From Candidatus Aenigmatarchaeota archaeon (GTDB lineage Archaea > Aenigmatarchaeota > Aenigmatarchaeia > GW2011-AR5 > JAGGXF01): a DNA stretch of 62,090 nt. The position numbers were made by a program, and so were the translations under genes. The notes beneath the pieces were generated by a model. The model ran no database searches. It was not told where the DNA came from and worked only from the letters and a program-made list of their open reading frames with translations. Positions within the stretch are counted from its first letter, which is position 1. Every line of letters begins with the position of its first letter. Shown piece by piece: positions 16,468 to 26,533 of the stretch. The DNA lies in the NCBI GenBank assembly GCA_021163205.1, contig JAGGXF010000014.1, forward strand, positions 1-62,090, read 5' to 3'.

Positions 16468-18875
16468 CAAAGAACTGCAAAAACCTACGCTTACGATTGG
16501 CCATCTTGGGCTTGAATAATTTTATATGTGGTGTGGTCTTTGTGTTGTACATAAAAAAAGACGTTCCTTTTGATCTACATGAAATAAATCTTAGAGATGC
16601 CACAGATGAAGAATTGAAAAAGATAAGCGAGGAAACAGGCGTAGGCTTGAGCTTGGAAGAAATGCAGGTTATTAAAGATTTTTTTATCAAGCGTGGTAGA
16701 AACCCAACCGATGTTGAGCTACAGGCACTTGGTCAATCCTGGAGTGAGCATTGCTCATACAAAACATCCAAGCCAATACTCAAAAAATTTATTTTTAACA
16801 TAGATGCACCACAAAACATATTAGTAATAAAAGAAGATGCGGGTGTTGTCGAATTTGATAATGACCACGCATATGTGGTTGCGCTGGAGTCCCATAATCA
16901 CCCGTCTGCTGTAGAACCATACGGTGGCGCTGCCACGGGCATAGGTGGAATACTTCGTGATGTCGTATGCATGGGTGCCCAACCTATCGCGCTTATAGAC
17001 CCCCTGTTTTTTGGTCGACTTGATTATGAATACAAAAAACTGCCAAAAGGTGTTAAACATCCATTATATCTGTTTTCTGGTGTTGTTTCTGGAATAAGAG
17101 ACTACGGCAACCGTGTTGGTATCCCAACGACCACGGGAATGATTCACTTTAATAACTCCTATATTGGTAACTGTCTGGTAAATGTTGGGTGTGTTGGAAT
17201 CGTCAAAAAAAACGAAATAATAAGAAGTGCTGTCAAAAATCCGGATGACGTATTCATACTACTTGGTGGAAAAACAGGAAGAGACGGGATACATGGTGTA
17301 ACTTTCGCGTCAGCTGAACTAGACGAGTCTTCAGAATCAGAGAGTCGTGGAGCTGTGCAAGTCGGGGACCCCATAACAAAAGAGCCTCTTATACATGTCT
17401 GTCTAGAAGCTAACAAAAAAGGTTTACTCACCGGAATGAAAGACCTCGGTGGTGGGGGCCTTTCCTGTGCCTCTGGTGAAATGGCACTTGCCGGGGGTTG
17501 TGGCGTAAAAATAAATCTAGACAAGGTTCCTCTCAAAGAAAAAGATATGGCACCTTGGGAGATATGGGTTTCTGAATCACAAGAAAGGATGCTGGTTACC
17601 GCAAGGCCAGAAAACGTTGATAAAATTATGGAGCTGTGTAAGTTGTGGGATGTCGAAGCAAATGTAATAGGGTATGCTACAAAGAGCAAAAAGGCGGAAG
17701 TATATTACAAAGGTGTTAAGGTAGTTGACATGGACATAGAGTTCTTTGTCGACAGTCCTGTGTATCATAGAAAATATGTGATTGAAAAGAAAAATATCCC
17801 TGAAACAAATGTAGAAGAACCCAAAGACTATGAAAAAATTATTCTTGATTTATTATCGTCTCTTAATATAGCAAGCAAAGAATCAGTAATAAGGCAATAT
17901 GACCACGAGGTTAGAGCATCGACTGTGATCAAACCAATGCAGGGTAAGATTGGGTCATATACGCACGGAGATGCTGCTGTTATCAAACCTCTTGAAGAAT
18001 CTTATAGAGGGATTGCACTCAGTGCTGATGTTAATCCAAATTTTACCGAAATAGACCCATTCTGGGGCTCTGCTTCAGCTGTGGACGAGGTTTGTAGAAA
18101 TCTCGCTTCTGTTGGAGCAAGACCGCATTCTTTCGCAGACTGCCTTAATTTTGGTAATCCAGAAAAACCGGACAGGCTTGGTGTTTTTTATGAGTCTTGT
18201 AGGGGATTGGGATATATAGCCAAATCGCTTGGCATACCATTTGTAAGTGGAAATGTCAGCTTTTATAATGAGTATATAGAAGGTCCTGTTGCTCCAACGC
18301 CAACAGTTCTCGGCGTTGGAATAGTAAAGGACATTAGAAAAACATGCACAACAGACCTAAAAAAAGAGGGGGGCCTGCTCTACATAATAGGTGAAACAAA
18401 AAAAGAGATGGGCGGATCAGAATACTATAAACTCTTAAATGCCCAAAGTCCGACAGTTCCAAAGGTTAATCCTGAAAACCTGAAGAATTCCATCAACGCT
18501 GTTTGCACAGCCATAGAAGGAAGTCTCGTAAAATCATGTCATGATATCTCAGAAGGCGGTCTTGCTGTTTGCGTAGCAGAAATGATGATTGGTGGTGATG
18601 TTGGGGTTGAGATAGATATCGGTGATATGTCCGATATAAGAACAGACTACAAGCTTTTCTCTGAGTCAAACACGCGGTGGGTTGTTGAGATAGAAGAAAA
18701 AAAGAAAGAAGAATTCGAAAGGCTTATGAAAAGAAATAGCGTTAAATTTTTCAAGCTCGGGATTGTTTCCGGACATGGTTTGGTAATAAAAAACAAAGGC
18801 AAGAAGATTGTAGATATTCCAATTGATAAGATTAAAAAAGTATGGAACTCTGGTATAACAAAATATACCAACTAG
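16464..18875 (+). CDS. purL: FGAM synthase II (PurL)
   Basis: Motifs ESHNHPSAVEPYGGAATGIGGILRD, GGKTGRDGIHG and DLGGGGLSCA. ATGA overlap with purS. The first roughly 30 residues are atypical and hydrophobic, so the start is uncertain. Confidence 0.93.
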   Translation: MTKNCKNLRLRLAILGLNNFICGVVFVLYIKKDVPFDLHEINLRDATDEELKKISEETGVGLSLEEMQVIKDFFIKRGRNPTDVELQALGQSWSEHCSYKTSKPILKKFIFNIDAPQNILVIKEDAGVVEFDNDHAYVVALESHNHPSAVEPYGGAATGIGGILRDVVCMGAQPIALIDPLFFGRLDYEYKKLPKGVKHPLYLFSGVVSGIRDYGNRVGIPTTTGMIHFNNSYIGNCLVNVGCVGIVKKNEIIRSAVKNPDDVFILLGGKTGRDGIHGVTFASAELDESSESESRGAVQVGDPITKEPLIHVCLEANKKGLLTGMKDLGGGGLSCASGEMALAGGCGVKINLDKVPLKEKDMAPWEIWVSESQERMLVTARPENVDKIMELCKLWDVEANVIGYATKSKKAEVYYKGVKVVDMDIEFFVDSPVYHRKYVIEKKNIPETNVEEPKDYEKIILDLLSSLNIASKESVIRQYDHEVRASTVIKPMQGKIGSYTHGDAAVIKPLEESYRGIALSADVNPNFTEIDPFWGSASAVDEVCRNLASVGARPHSFADCLNFGNPEKPDRLGVFYESCRGLGYIAKSLGIPFVSGNVSFYNEYIEGPVAPTPTVLGVGIVKDIRKTCTTDLKKEGGLLYIIGETKKEMGGSEYYKLLNAQSPTVPKVNPENLKNSINAVCTAIEGSLVKSCHDISEGGLAVCVAEMMIGGDVGVEIDIGDMSDIRTDYKLFSESNTRWVVEIEEKKKEEFERLMKRNSVKFFKLGIVSGHGLVIKNKGKKIVDIPIDKIKKVWNSGITKYTN

Positions 18876-18893
18876 TCAACTAGCCAAATCATT

Positions 18894-19736
18894 TTGATTG
18901 AAGTTGGCGATGAGATGAAAACAGAAGATATAAAGATTTGCGTATTGAGAATGGAGGGAACAAATTGCGAGCAAGAGATATATCAATGCTTCAAAAGACT
19001 TGGGACCCAACCTGAATTTGTTCATCTGAATCAGTTAACTGGCGAACATGAAAAAAGAAGTCTTTTAGATTATCAAGCACTTATAATACCGGGTGGGTTT
19101 TCTGCAGGAGACTATGTCAGAGCGGGTGCGATTTTTGCAGCCAGAATAAAAAGCAAACTCATGAAAGAACTCAAAAAATTTGTCGAAGATGGATATCCTG
19201 TCCTTGGTATTTGTAATGGTTTTCAGGTCCTGGTTGAAACTGGTCTGCTTCCAGCAACAGATGGCTATGTATCAGAATATCCGGAAGCTGTTCTGAATAT
19301 TAATGATTCTTTCAGATTCGAGTGCAGGCCTACTTTGATTAAGAATGTTAGCAGAGGGAAGTGTGTTTTCACAAAAAATATCGAAGGGGGACGAATCCTG
19401 AAAATACCCTGTGCACACGCAGAGGGAAAACTTATGTTCCCATCCGGAAAGGAAGATAAAATACTTCAAAAGTTGATAGATGCTGACCAGATAGTTTTCA
19501 GGTACGTAGACCCCGATGGCAATTACGCGGGATATCCTTGGAACCCAAATGGATCTGTTTATAATATTGCGGGTATATGTAATCGATATGGTAACGTTAT
19601 GGGTATGATGCCTCATCCAGAGAGGGTATTTTATAGATATATGCACCCGGATTGGACAAGAACTGAAGGAGATGAAAATGGGGATGGAAAAAAAATATTT
19701 GAATCTGTTGTAGATTACATAAGAAAAAAATTTTAG
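18894..19736 (+). CDS. purQ: FGAM synthase I glutaminase (PurQ)
   Basis: Motifs GGFSAGDY, GICNGFQ and MPHPER. The likely start is the ATG at 18915 (MKTEDIKICVL). Confidence 0.92.
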   Translation: MIEVGDEMKTEDIKICVLRMEGTNCEQEIYQCFKRLGTQPEFVHLNQLTGEHEKRSLLDYQALIIPGGFSAGDYVRAGAIFAARIKSKLMKELKKFVEDGYPVLGICNGFQVLVETGLLPATDGYVSEYPEAVLNINDSFRFECRPTLIKNVSRGKCVFTKNIEGGRILKIPCAHAEGKLMFPSGKEDKILQKLIDADQIVFRYVDPDGNYAGYPWNPNGSVYNIAGICNRYGNVMGMMPHPERVFYRYMHPDWTRTEGDENGDGKKIFESVVDYIRKKF

Positions 19737-19737
19737 T

Positions 19738-21171
19738 GTGAATAAAATGTGTGGGTTCATAGGAATAATAAAATTGAACGGGAAAGATGTGGCGGAAGAA
19801 CTTGTTACCGGTCTTTTGAGCATACAACATCGTGGGCAAGACTCGAGTGGTATCATAACATCAGACAGAAGCCGATTTCATATAAAAAAGAATGCTGGAT
19901 TGGTCAGCAATGTCTTTAGTAAAAGTGATGTAAAATCTCTTAAAGGAAATGTTGGTATTGGTCATGTTAGATATAGTACAATCGGTTTTGACATAGAAAA
20001 TGATTCTCAACCGTTTTTTGTCAACTACCCTTTTGGCATAGCATTGGCTCACAATGGAAATATAGCAAATTATGAAGAAATAAGAAGTAGCTTGGAAAAA
20101 GAATCCCACAGACAACTCACATCCAGATGTGACGCAGAACTCATACTCAATGTCTTTGCTGATGAAATGTCTAGAACTTCTGGCGATTTTTCCATAGGGA
20201 AGGTTTTTGACTCACTTGGCCCGCTGATGAAAAAACTGAATGGAAGTTATTCTGCGGTAGCTATCATAAATGGTCATGGTCTTTTAGCGTTTAGAGACCC
20301 GAACGGTTTAAGACCAATGATATTCGGTAAGAATGACTCAGGATTCATATTCGCGTCAGAAACTGTTGTATTGAACCTGCTTGATTATACATATATCAGA
20401 GATGTCAAACCAGGTGAAGCAATATTTATAGACAATAACGGAAAGATTCACTCTAAAATAATAGACGCTAGAGAAAAAACTCCCTGTATGTTCGAATGGG
20501 TATATTTTGCAAGACCAGATTCTACAATAGAGGGTAGGAGTGTGTACGATGTTAGACTCAGGTTGGGAGAAGAGCTCGCCAAGAGATGGGACAAAGATGT
20601 TGACGTGGTGATTCCTGTGCCAGATACCTCAAGAACAGCTGCTATGGGATTTGCAAAAGCAATTGGAGCAGAATATAGAGAAGGTTTGATAAAAAACAGA
20701 TACGTTGGAAGAACATTTATAATGCCTGCCCAAAAGAAGAGAGATAATGCAGTTAAGCTTAAACTCAATCCTATTACGTCGGAGATAAAAGGTAAGAAAA
20801 TAGCGCTTGTTGATGATAGCATAGTGAGGGGCACAACATCCAAAAGACTGGTGAGCCTCCTCAGAAAGTATGGCGCCAAAGAAATACATCTTGTCGTGAC
20901 GTGTCCTCCTATAAAATACCCTTGTTTTTATGGTATTGATATAGCCACCAGAAAAGAGCTCATAGCATCTGACAAAAGTGTTGAGGAGATAAGAAAGTTT
21001 TTAGGAGCAGATTCTATCACTTATCAGACAATAGAAGGGCTTAAAAGAGCAATTGGCATGAACTCAATATGTACAGCTTGCTTGACGGGCAACTATCCAA
21101 CCAATATAAGCGAAACAGATATTTCTCGTTTTGAAAAAATAAGAGAGGAGGAAAGATCTCGGGTGGTCTAA
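19738..21171 (+). CDS. purF: Amidophosphoribosyltransferase
   Basis: MCGFIGI Ntn-Cys, a PRTase loop VDDSIVRGTT and a C-terminal Cys cluster. The start is either the GTG at 19738 or the ATG at 19747. Confidence 0.95.
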   Translation: MNKMCGFIGIIKLNGKDVAEELVTGLLSIQHRGQDSSGIITSDRSRFHIKKNAGLVSNVFSKSDVKSLKGNVGIGHVRYSTIGFDIENDSQPFFVNYPFGIALAHNGNIANYEEIRSSLEKESHRQLTSRCDAELILNVFADEMSRTSGDFSIGKVFDSLGPLMKKLNGSYSAVAIINGHGLLAFRDPNGLRPMIFGKNDSGFIFASETVVLNLLDYTYIRDVKPGEAIFIDNNGKIHSKIIDAREKTPCMFEWVYFARPDSTIEGRSVYDVRLRLGEELAKRWDKDVDVVIPVPDTSRTAAMGFAKAIGAEYREGLIKNRYVGRTFIMPAQKKRDNAVKLKLNPITSEIKGKKIALVDDSIVRGTTSKRLVSLLRKYGAKEIHLVVTCPPIKYPCFYGIDIATRKELIASDKSVEEIRKFLGADSITYQTIEGLKRAIGMNSICTACLTGNYPTNISETDISRFEKIREEERSRVV

Positions 21172-22514
21172 TGAAAATTCTCTTAATTGGAAATGGTGCA
21201 AGAGAGCATGTTATTTTTGAAACCTTGGCTAGAAGTAAATATAAACCAAGACTCTATGCTGTGGTCGGTGCAAGAAATCCCGGTATATTAGAGCTATCCG
21301 AAGATTTTACTGTCGGTAAAGTGACTGATGCCGATCTCATACTATCATTTTCGAAGAAAAAGAATATTGATTTGGTTGTCATTGGACCAGAGGCCCCACT
21401 AGAAGCTGGCGTAACAGATGCTCTGGAAGATATTGGTATACCTTGCGTTGGTCCTTCCAAGTCAGCGGCGAGATTGGAAACAGACAAATCTTTTGTCAAA
21501 AATTTGATGGAAAAATATAAAACATCTGGAAGAATTGTATCAAAAGTTTTTGACGATGCTGACGAACTTTGCTCTTTTATAGACAGCTTTGGCAAGCCCG
21601 TCGTCATTAAGCCACTTGGTCTTACTGGGGGTAAGGGGGTCAAAATAGTTGACCCAAAACTCGATGGCCAACTAAAAAGCAATGAAGAGGCTAAGAAGTA
21701 TGGAAAAGAAATAATAGAGAAAGGAATAAGCGGATTTAACAAAGCTCTTGTTGAAGAAAGATTGGAAGGAGAAGAGTTCACCTTACAGGCATTCACAGAC
21801 GGCTCGGTTGTAAAACCAATGCCCCTTGTCCAAGACCATAAATTCGCATATGAGGGAGATAACGGACCATTCACTGGTGGTATGGGCTCCTATTCTGACT
21901 CAAACCACCTGCTACCTTTTATGACAGCCGAAGACAGAGACGCTGCAATAAAAGTTATAGAAGAAGTTGTAGCAGCAATGAGAAAAGAAGGGATTACATA
22001 CAAAGGTATAATTTATGGAGGTTTTATGCTCACAAAAGAGGGGCCAAAGATACTAGAATTCAATGCCAGATTTGGTGACCCAGAAGCCATGAATGTTTTG
22101 CCTTTGCTGGAAACGGATTTCGTGGATGTTTGCCAAGCTATAGTGAACAAAAAACTTTCTGATATAGATATAATTTTCTCGAATATGGCAACGGTTTGCA
22201 AATACGCTGTTCCGAAAGGATACCCGGAAAATCCTGTTACAAACCAAAAAATTGCCATTAAAAATCTGCCAAAAGATGCGCGCTTGTATTACGCATCTGT
22301 TGATAAGCGTCAAGATGGATTATATATGACAAGGTCCAGAGCAATCGCGTGTGTCGGTGTGGGAAAAACTTTAGAAGAAGCTGAAAAGATTGCACAGGCT
22401 GCTCTGACTAGTATCGACGGACCAATACACTATCGGTCCGATATAGGAACCAGAGCATTAATACAAAAAAGAGTAGAACATATGAAGGAGCTTCGCAATG
22501 AAGCAAAAAATTAG
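21171..22514 (+). CDS. purD: Phosphoribosylamine-glycine ligase
   Basis: MKILLIGNGAREH, ATP-grasp motifs, and EFNARFGDPE. Confidence 0.95.
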   Translation: MKILLIGNGAREHVIFETLARSKYKPRLYAVVGARNPGILELSEDFTVGKVTDADLILSFSKKKNIDLVVIGPEAPLEAGVTDALEDIGIPCVGPSKSAARLETDKSFVKNLMEKYKTSGRIVSKVFDDADELCSFIDSFGKPVVIKPLGLTGGKGVKIVDPKLDGQLKSNEEAKKYGKEIIEKGISGFNKALVEERLEGEEFTLQAFTDGSVVKPMPLVQDHKFAYEGDNGPFTGGMGSYSDSNHLLPFMTAEDRDAAIKVIEEVVAAMRKEGITYKGIIYGGFMLTKEGPKILEFNARFGDPEAMNVLPLLETDFVDVCQAIVNKKLSDIDIIFSNMATVCKYAVPKGYPENPVTNQKIAIKNLPKDARLYYASVDKRQDGLYMTRSRAIACVGVGKTLEEAEKIAQAALTSIDGPIHYRSDIGTRALIQKRVEHMKELRNEAKN

Positions 22515-23079
22515 AGAAGAGATAAGAAAAAAACGGGAAGTCATGAACAGAGAAGATGTGTTCAGCAAGAGTTATACCATACAAGAAAAACTGAAAAAAA
22601 CCGCTGAGTTCAGGAATGCAAAAAATGTCCTATTTTACGTTTCAACAAAAAATGAAGTAGAAACGCATAGAATCATAGAAGAGCTTCTCAGTAGTGGAGA
22701 AAAAAATGTCATAGTACCGATAACCGACAAAAAGAACAAGATACTAAAGTTGTCTGTTATAAAAAGTTTTTCAGAATTGACTCCAAGAACACACGGCATA
22801 CTCGAGCCAGAAAACAAATTCATCAGGCCGATTGAACCAGAAAAAGTGGACCTTGTAATTGTTCCGGGAATTGCATTTGATAAAAGTGGAAACAGAATAG
22901 GTTCTGGACAGGGATATTACGATAAATTGTTAAATACAATGAAAAACACAAAGAAGGTCGGGCTTGCATTCGAGTTGCAGGTCATAGACGATATCCCTCA
23001 GGAAGACCATGATGTTCCGGTTGATATGATAATAACAGAAAAAAGAATAATAAAAGCCAATGAAAACGATAAGAAATAA
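22498..23079 (+). CDS. 5-formyltetrahydrofolate cyclo-ligase (MTHFS)
   Basis: Motifs VPGIAFDKSGNRIGSGQGYYDK and DHDVPVDMIITE. Confidence 0.85.
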   Translation: MKQKIREEIRKKREVMNREDVFSKSYTIQEKLKKTAEFRNAKNVLFYVSTKNEVETHRIIEELLSSGEKNVIVPITDKKNKILKLSVIKSFSELTPRTHGILEPENKFIRPIEPEKVDLVIVPGIAFDKSGNRIGSGQGYYDKLLNTMKNTKKVGLAFELQVIDDIPQEDHDVPVDMIITEKRIIKANENDKK

Positions 23080-23094
23080 ATTAGAGGTGGTAAA

Positions 23095-24351
23095 ATGTTA
23101 GAATTTTTAGAAAAAACAGACCCAGAAATAGCACAAGCCGTTAGGAATGAACTTAAAAGAATTAGAAATGGTGTTGAACTCATACCTTCTGAAAATTTTG
23201 TAAGTATGGCGGTGTTAGAAGCGATGGGAACAATTTTTACAAACAAATATTCAGAAGGTTATCCCCATAAGAGATACTATGGTGGTAATGAGTTTGTTGA
23301 TGTTGTTGAAGAACTGGCGATCAACCGAGCTAAGAAACTGTTTGGTGCAGAGCATGTTAATGTTCAACCATATTCAGGAAGTCCAGCAAACATGGCATGC
23401 TTTTTTGCGCTTTTAGAACGCGGTGATATATTTATGGGTCTGGATCTGAGCTGTGGTGGACATCTGACACACGGAAGCCCTGTTAATTTTTCCGGGAAGT
23501 GGTATAGATGTATTCCTTACGCAGTTGATAGAGAAACAGAACTTATAGATATGGATGAGGTAAGAAAAATTGCGCTAAAGGCTAAACCAAAGCTAATATT
23601 ATCTGGACTCACCTGCTATCCAAGAACATTGGACTTCAAAGCTTTTCAAGAAATATGTGAAGAAGTTGGTGCTTATCATATGTCAGATATCTCACACATA
23701 GCAGGTCTGGTTGCAGCCGGAGTCCACCCAAGCCCTGTACCATTTGCCGATGTGGTTACAACAACCACACACAAGACCCTCAGAGGACCGCGAGGTGCAA
23801 TGATCATGTGTAAAGAAGAACATGCAACAGCCATAGATAAAGCTGTGTTTCCGGGAATACAAGGAGGGCCACATGACCACATAACAGCTGCTAAAGCTGT
23901 CGCATTTCACGAGGATCTGCAGCCAGAATTCAAGGACTATGCAAGACAGATAGTTAAAAACGCCAAGGTTCTTGCCGAGGAGCTCATGAGCCTGGGAATC
24001 AAACTTGTATCAAATGGCACAGACAATCATCTGATGCTAATAGACTTAACAAAAAAGAATCTGACAGGTAAAGGAAAAGCTGTCCAAAATGCACTTGAGA
24101 AGGCTGGAATATTCGTTAACAAAAACACGATTCCGTATGAACCAGCAACCCCTTTCAATCCGAGCGGTATAAGACTTGGAACACCCGCTATTACAACACG
24201 GGGTTTCAAGGAAAGCGAAATGAAAGTAATAGCAGAAGGTATTGCAACGGTCATTAACAACTATGAAGACGAGTCCAAGATAAAAAAAGTAAAAGAAGAT
24301 ATACTTGAACTGTGTAAAGAGTTTCCGCTCTATCCTGAACTAGGTGAGTAG
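23095..24351 (+). CDS. glyA: Serine hydroxymethyltransferase
   Basis: Motifs [15 protein letters not shown] and [13 protein letters not shown] (PLP Lys). Confidence 0.96.
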   Translation: MLEFLEKTDPEIAQAVRNELKRIRNGVELIPSENFVSMAVLEAMGTIFTNKYSEGYPHKRYYGGNEFVDVVEELAINRAKKLFGAEHVNVQPYSGSPANMACFFALLERGDIFMGLDLSCGGHLTHGSPVNFSGKWYRCIPYAVDRETELIDMDEVRKIALKAKPKLILSGLTCYPRTLDFKAFQEICEEVGAYHMSDISHIAGLVAAGVHPSPVPFADVVTTTTHKTLRGPRGAMIMCKEEHATAIDKAVFPGIQGGPHDHITAAKAVAFHEDLQPEFKDYARQIVKNAKVLAEELMSLGIKLVSNGTDNHLMLIDLTKKNLTGKGKAVQNALEKAGIFVNKNTIPYEPATPFNPSGIRLGTPAITTRGFKESEMKVIAEGIATVINNYEDESKIKKVKEDILELCKEFPLYPELGE

Positions 24352-24371
24352 ATACCAAACCAAATAATAAA

Positions 24372-25076
24372 ATGCAAAATAAAATGCAACAAAAAAGATG
24401 TAAAATGTCAATAGAAGAAAATGTAAAAAAAATAAAGCAACTCATAAATGAGAAAAGTAAAGACAAGGTAACAATAGTTGCTGTCACAAAAGGTCGCTCA
24501 GAAGAAGATATAAAAAAAGCGATGGGTTGTGGTTTAGCTGTTTTCGGGGAAAATCGTGTTCAGGAAGCGATAAAAAAATGGTCAGAACTTAGAAAGTACC
24601 CAAACACATCGCATTACGAGCTACATCTTATCGGTCACCTGCAAAGCAATAAGGTCAGAAAGGCAGTAGAATTTTTCGATATGATAGAGTCTTTGGATAA
24701 AATGAAAACAGCCGAAAAAATTAACCGATGTTGTGGCGAGCTCGGAAAAAAGATGAACGTACTTATCCAGGTCAATATTGGCGAGGAAAAAACAAAATTC
24801 GGTGTTAAGCCAGAATTATTGATGAACTTTTTGAAGCAGGTAATAAAACTGAAGAACATAAATGTGAGGGGACTGATGACCATAGCACCGTACATTGAAC
24901 CGGAGAAAACAAGAATATACTTCAAAAGAATGAAAAAACTTTTCGATGAAGCGCAAAAAATAAAAGCAATGAACTATCTTTCCATGGGAATGACCAACGA
25001 TTTTATAATTGCTATAGAAGAAGGCTCAAACATGGTAAGAATTGGTAGAGGAATATTTGGTGAATATGGTGGCTGA
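24372..25076 (+). CDS. YggS-family PLP-binding (PLP homeostasis) protein
   Basis: Motifs VAVTKGRS, FGENRVQE, HLIGHLQSNK, LSMGMTND and VRIGRGIFG. The start may instead be the ATG at 24405. Confidence 0.9.
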   Translation: MQNKMQQKRCKMSIEENVKKIKQLINEKSKDKVTIVAVTKGRSEEDIKKAMGCGLAVFGENRVQEAIKKWSELRKYPNTSHYELHLIGHLQSNKVRKAVEFFDMIESLDKMKTAEKINRCCGELGKKMNVLIQVNIGEEKTKFGVKPELLMNFLKQVIKLKNINVRGLMTIAPYIEPEKTRIYFKRMKKLFDEAQKIKAMNYLSMGMTNDFIIAIEEGSNMVRIGRGIFGEYGG

Positions 25077-25926
25077 AATAATAGACGGTAAAGAAATTGC
25101 AAGAGAAATAGAAGAAAATATAAAGTCAGAAGTTGAAAAATTAAAGAAAAAATATGAAGCAAAGCCGTGCCTTTCTGTCATACTCGTGGGGGAAAATCCT
25201 GCATCAAAAATTTATGTAAGAAAAAAAGAAGAAGCATGTGGACGTGTCGGGATAGAATTTAAAAAGATAGAGCTGCCTGAATCTGAAGAGGAAGAAGAAA
25301 TTATAAAAATAATAAAAAAACTGAACAGCGATTCTAATGTAAGCGGTGTTCTTGTCCAGCTGCCTCTTCCAAGACATATAGATACAAAAAAAGTTATAGA
25401 TGTAATATCCCCGTATAAAGATGTAGACGGGCTGACCAAAGAAAATATGGGAAATCTTATTCTTGGTGATGAGAAAATATCGCCCTGCACACCGCTTGGT
25501 ATAATAAAAATGCTTGAAAAAATTGGAATTTCTGTCGAGGGAAAGGACGTAACAATAGTTAACCATAGCAATATTGTCGGCAGACCACTCGCTGCAATGC
25601 TTTTAAACAGGGGCGCAACCCCAACTGTGTGCCACAAAAAGACAAGAAACCTTAAAAAACATACATTAGAAGCAGACATAGTAGTAACAGCCACGGGAGT
25701 ACCGGGACTAATAAAAGAAGATATGATAAAAGACGGTGCTATCGTAATAGACGGGGGCATAAAAAAAATAGGAGAGAAGATTGTTGGTGATGTGGACTTT
25801 GAAGCCGTACGAAAAAAGGCATCTTACATAACACCTGTTCCTGGAGGGGTCGGACCGATGACTGTTTCGATGGTGCTTTTCAATCTTGTGCAGCTTTTCA
25901 AAGCACAACTAAGCAAACATATATGA
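25066..25926 (+). CDS. folD: Bifunctional methylene-THF dehydrogenase / methenyl-THF cyclohydrolase
   Basis: Motifs MVAEIIDGKEIA, VQLPLP, VVGRPLA and PVPGGVGPMT. Start chosen at 25066; the ORF track extends to 25042. Confidence 0.93.
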   Translation: MVAEIIDGKEIAREIEENIKSEVEKLKKKYEAKPCLSVILVGENPASKIYVRKKEEACGRVGIEFKKIELPESEEEEEIIKIIKKLNSDSNVSGVLVQLPLPRHIDTKKVIDVISPYKDVDGLTKENMGNLILGDEKISPCTPLGIIKMLEKIGISVEGKDVTIVNHSNIVGRPLAAMLLNRGATPTVCHKKTRNLKKHTLEADIVVTATGVPGLIKEDMIKDGAIVIDGGIKKIGEKIVGDVDFEAVRKKASYITPVPGGVGPMTVSMVLFNLVQLFKAQLSKHI

Positions 25927-25937
25927 GGTTGAGTAGA

Positions 25938-26522
25938 ATGAAACCAAAAACTGCCTTAATAAGTGTCTGGGACAAAACCGGACTTATCGAGCTTGGTAGA
26001 GGATTGAAAAAACTTGGGATAGAGATTATAGCAACAGGTGGAACTGCAAAACTGCTGAAAGAAAATAACATACCTGTCACGCCCGTAGATGAATACGCAG
26101 ACTACCCAGAGATGCTGGGCGGTAGGGTAAAAACAATACAGCCGAAGATACAGGGCGGTATTCTTGCTGTTAGAAACAACATGAATCATATGAAACAGTT
26201 GAAAGAGTATAATATCAAGCCAATAGATATTGTTGTATTCAACTTATACCCCTTCGAGCGGGTTGTGAATGAAGGTGCAAAGATTGACGAAGCATTGGAA
26301 AACATAGACATTGGAGGGCCAACATCGATAAGAGCGGCGGGAAAAAACTTCAAAAACGTTATAGTTATAGTGGACCCTGATGATTATGGGTGGGTAATAG
26401 AAATGCTTGAAAAAAACGGAGATCTGACCGAGAAACAAAGACTTAAACTTGCTATAAAGGTTTTCAAGCGCACATCAGAGTACGATAAAGCAATAAAAAA
26501 CTATCTTGAAAAACAAGTCTAG
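25938..26522 (+). CDS. purH: IMP cyclohydrolase (MGS-like N-terminal domain of PurH) as a stand-alone ORF
   Basis: Motifs ALISVWDKTGLIELG, ATGGTAKLL, GGRVKTIQPKIQGGIL, NLYPFE and NIDIGGPTSIRAAGKN. GAGGTT sits 7 nt before the ATG at 25938. Confidence 0.9.
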   Translation: MKPKTALISVWDKTGLIELGRGLKKLGIEIIATGGTAKLLKENNIPVTPVDEYADYPEMLGGRVKTIQPKIQGGILAVRNNMNHMKQLKEYNIKPIDIVVFNLYPFERVVNEGAKIDEALENIDIGGPTSIRAAGKNFKNVIVIVDPDDYGWVIEMLEKNGDLTEKQRLKLAIKVFKRTSEYDKAIKNYLEKQV

Positions 26523-26533
26523 GTTGGGATAGA

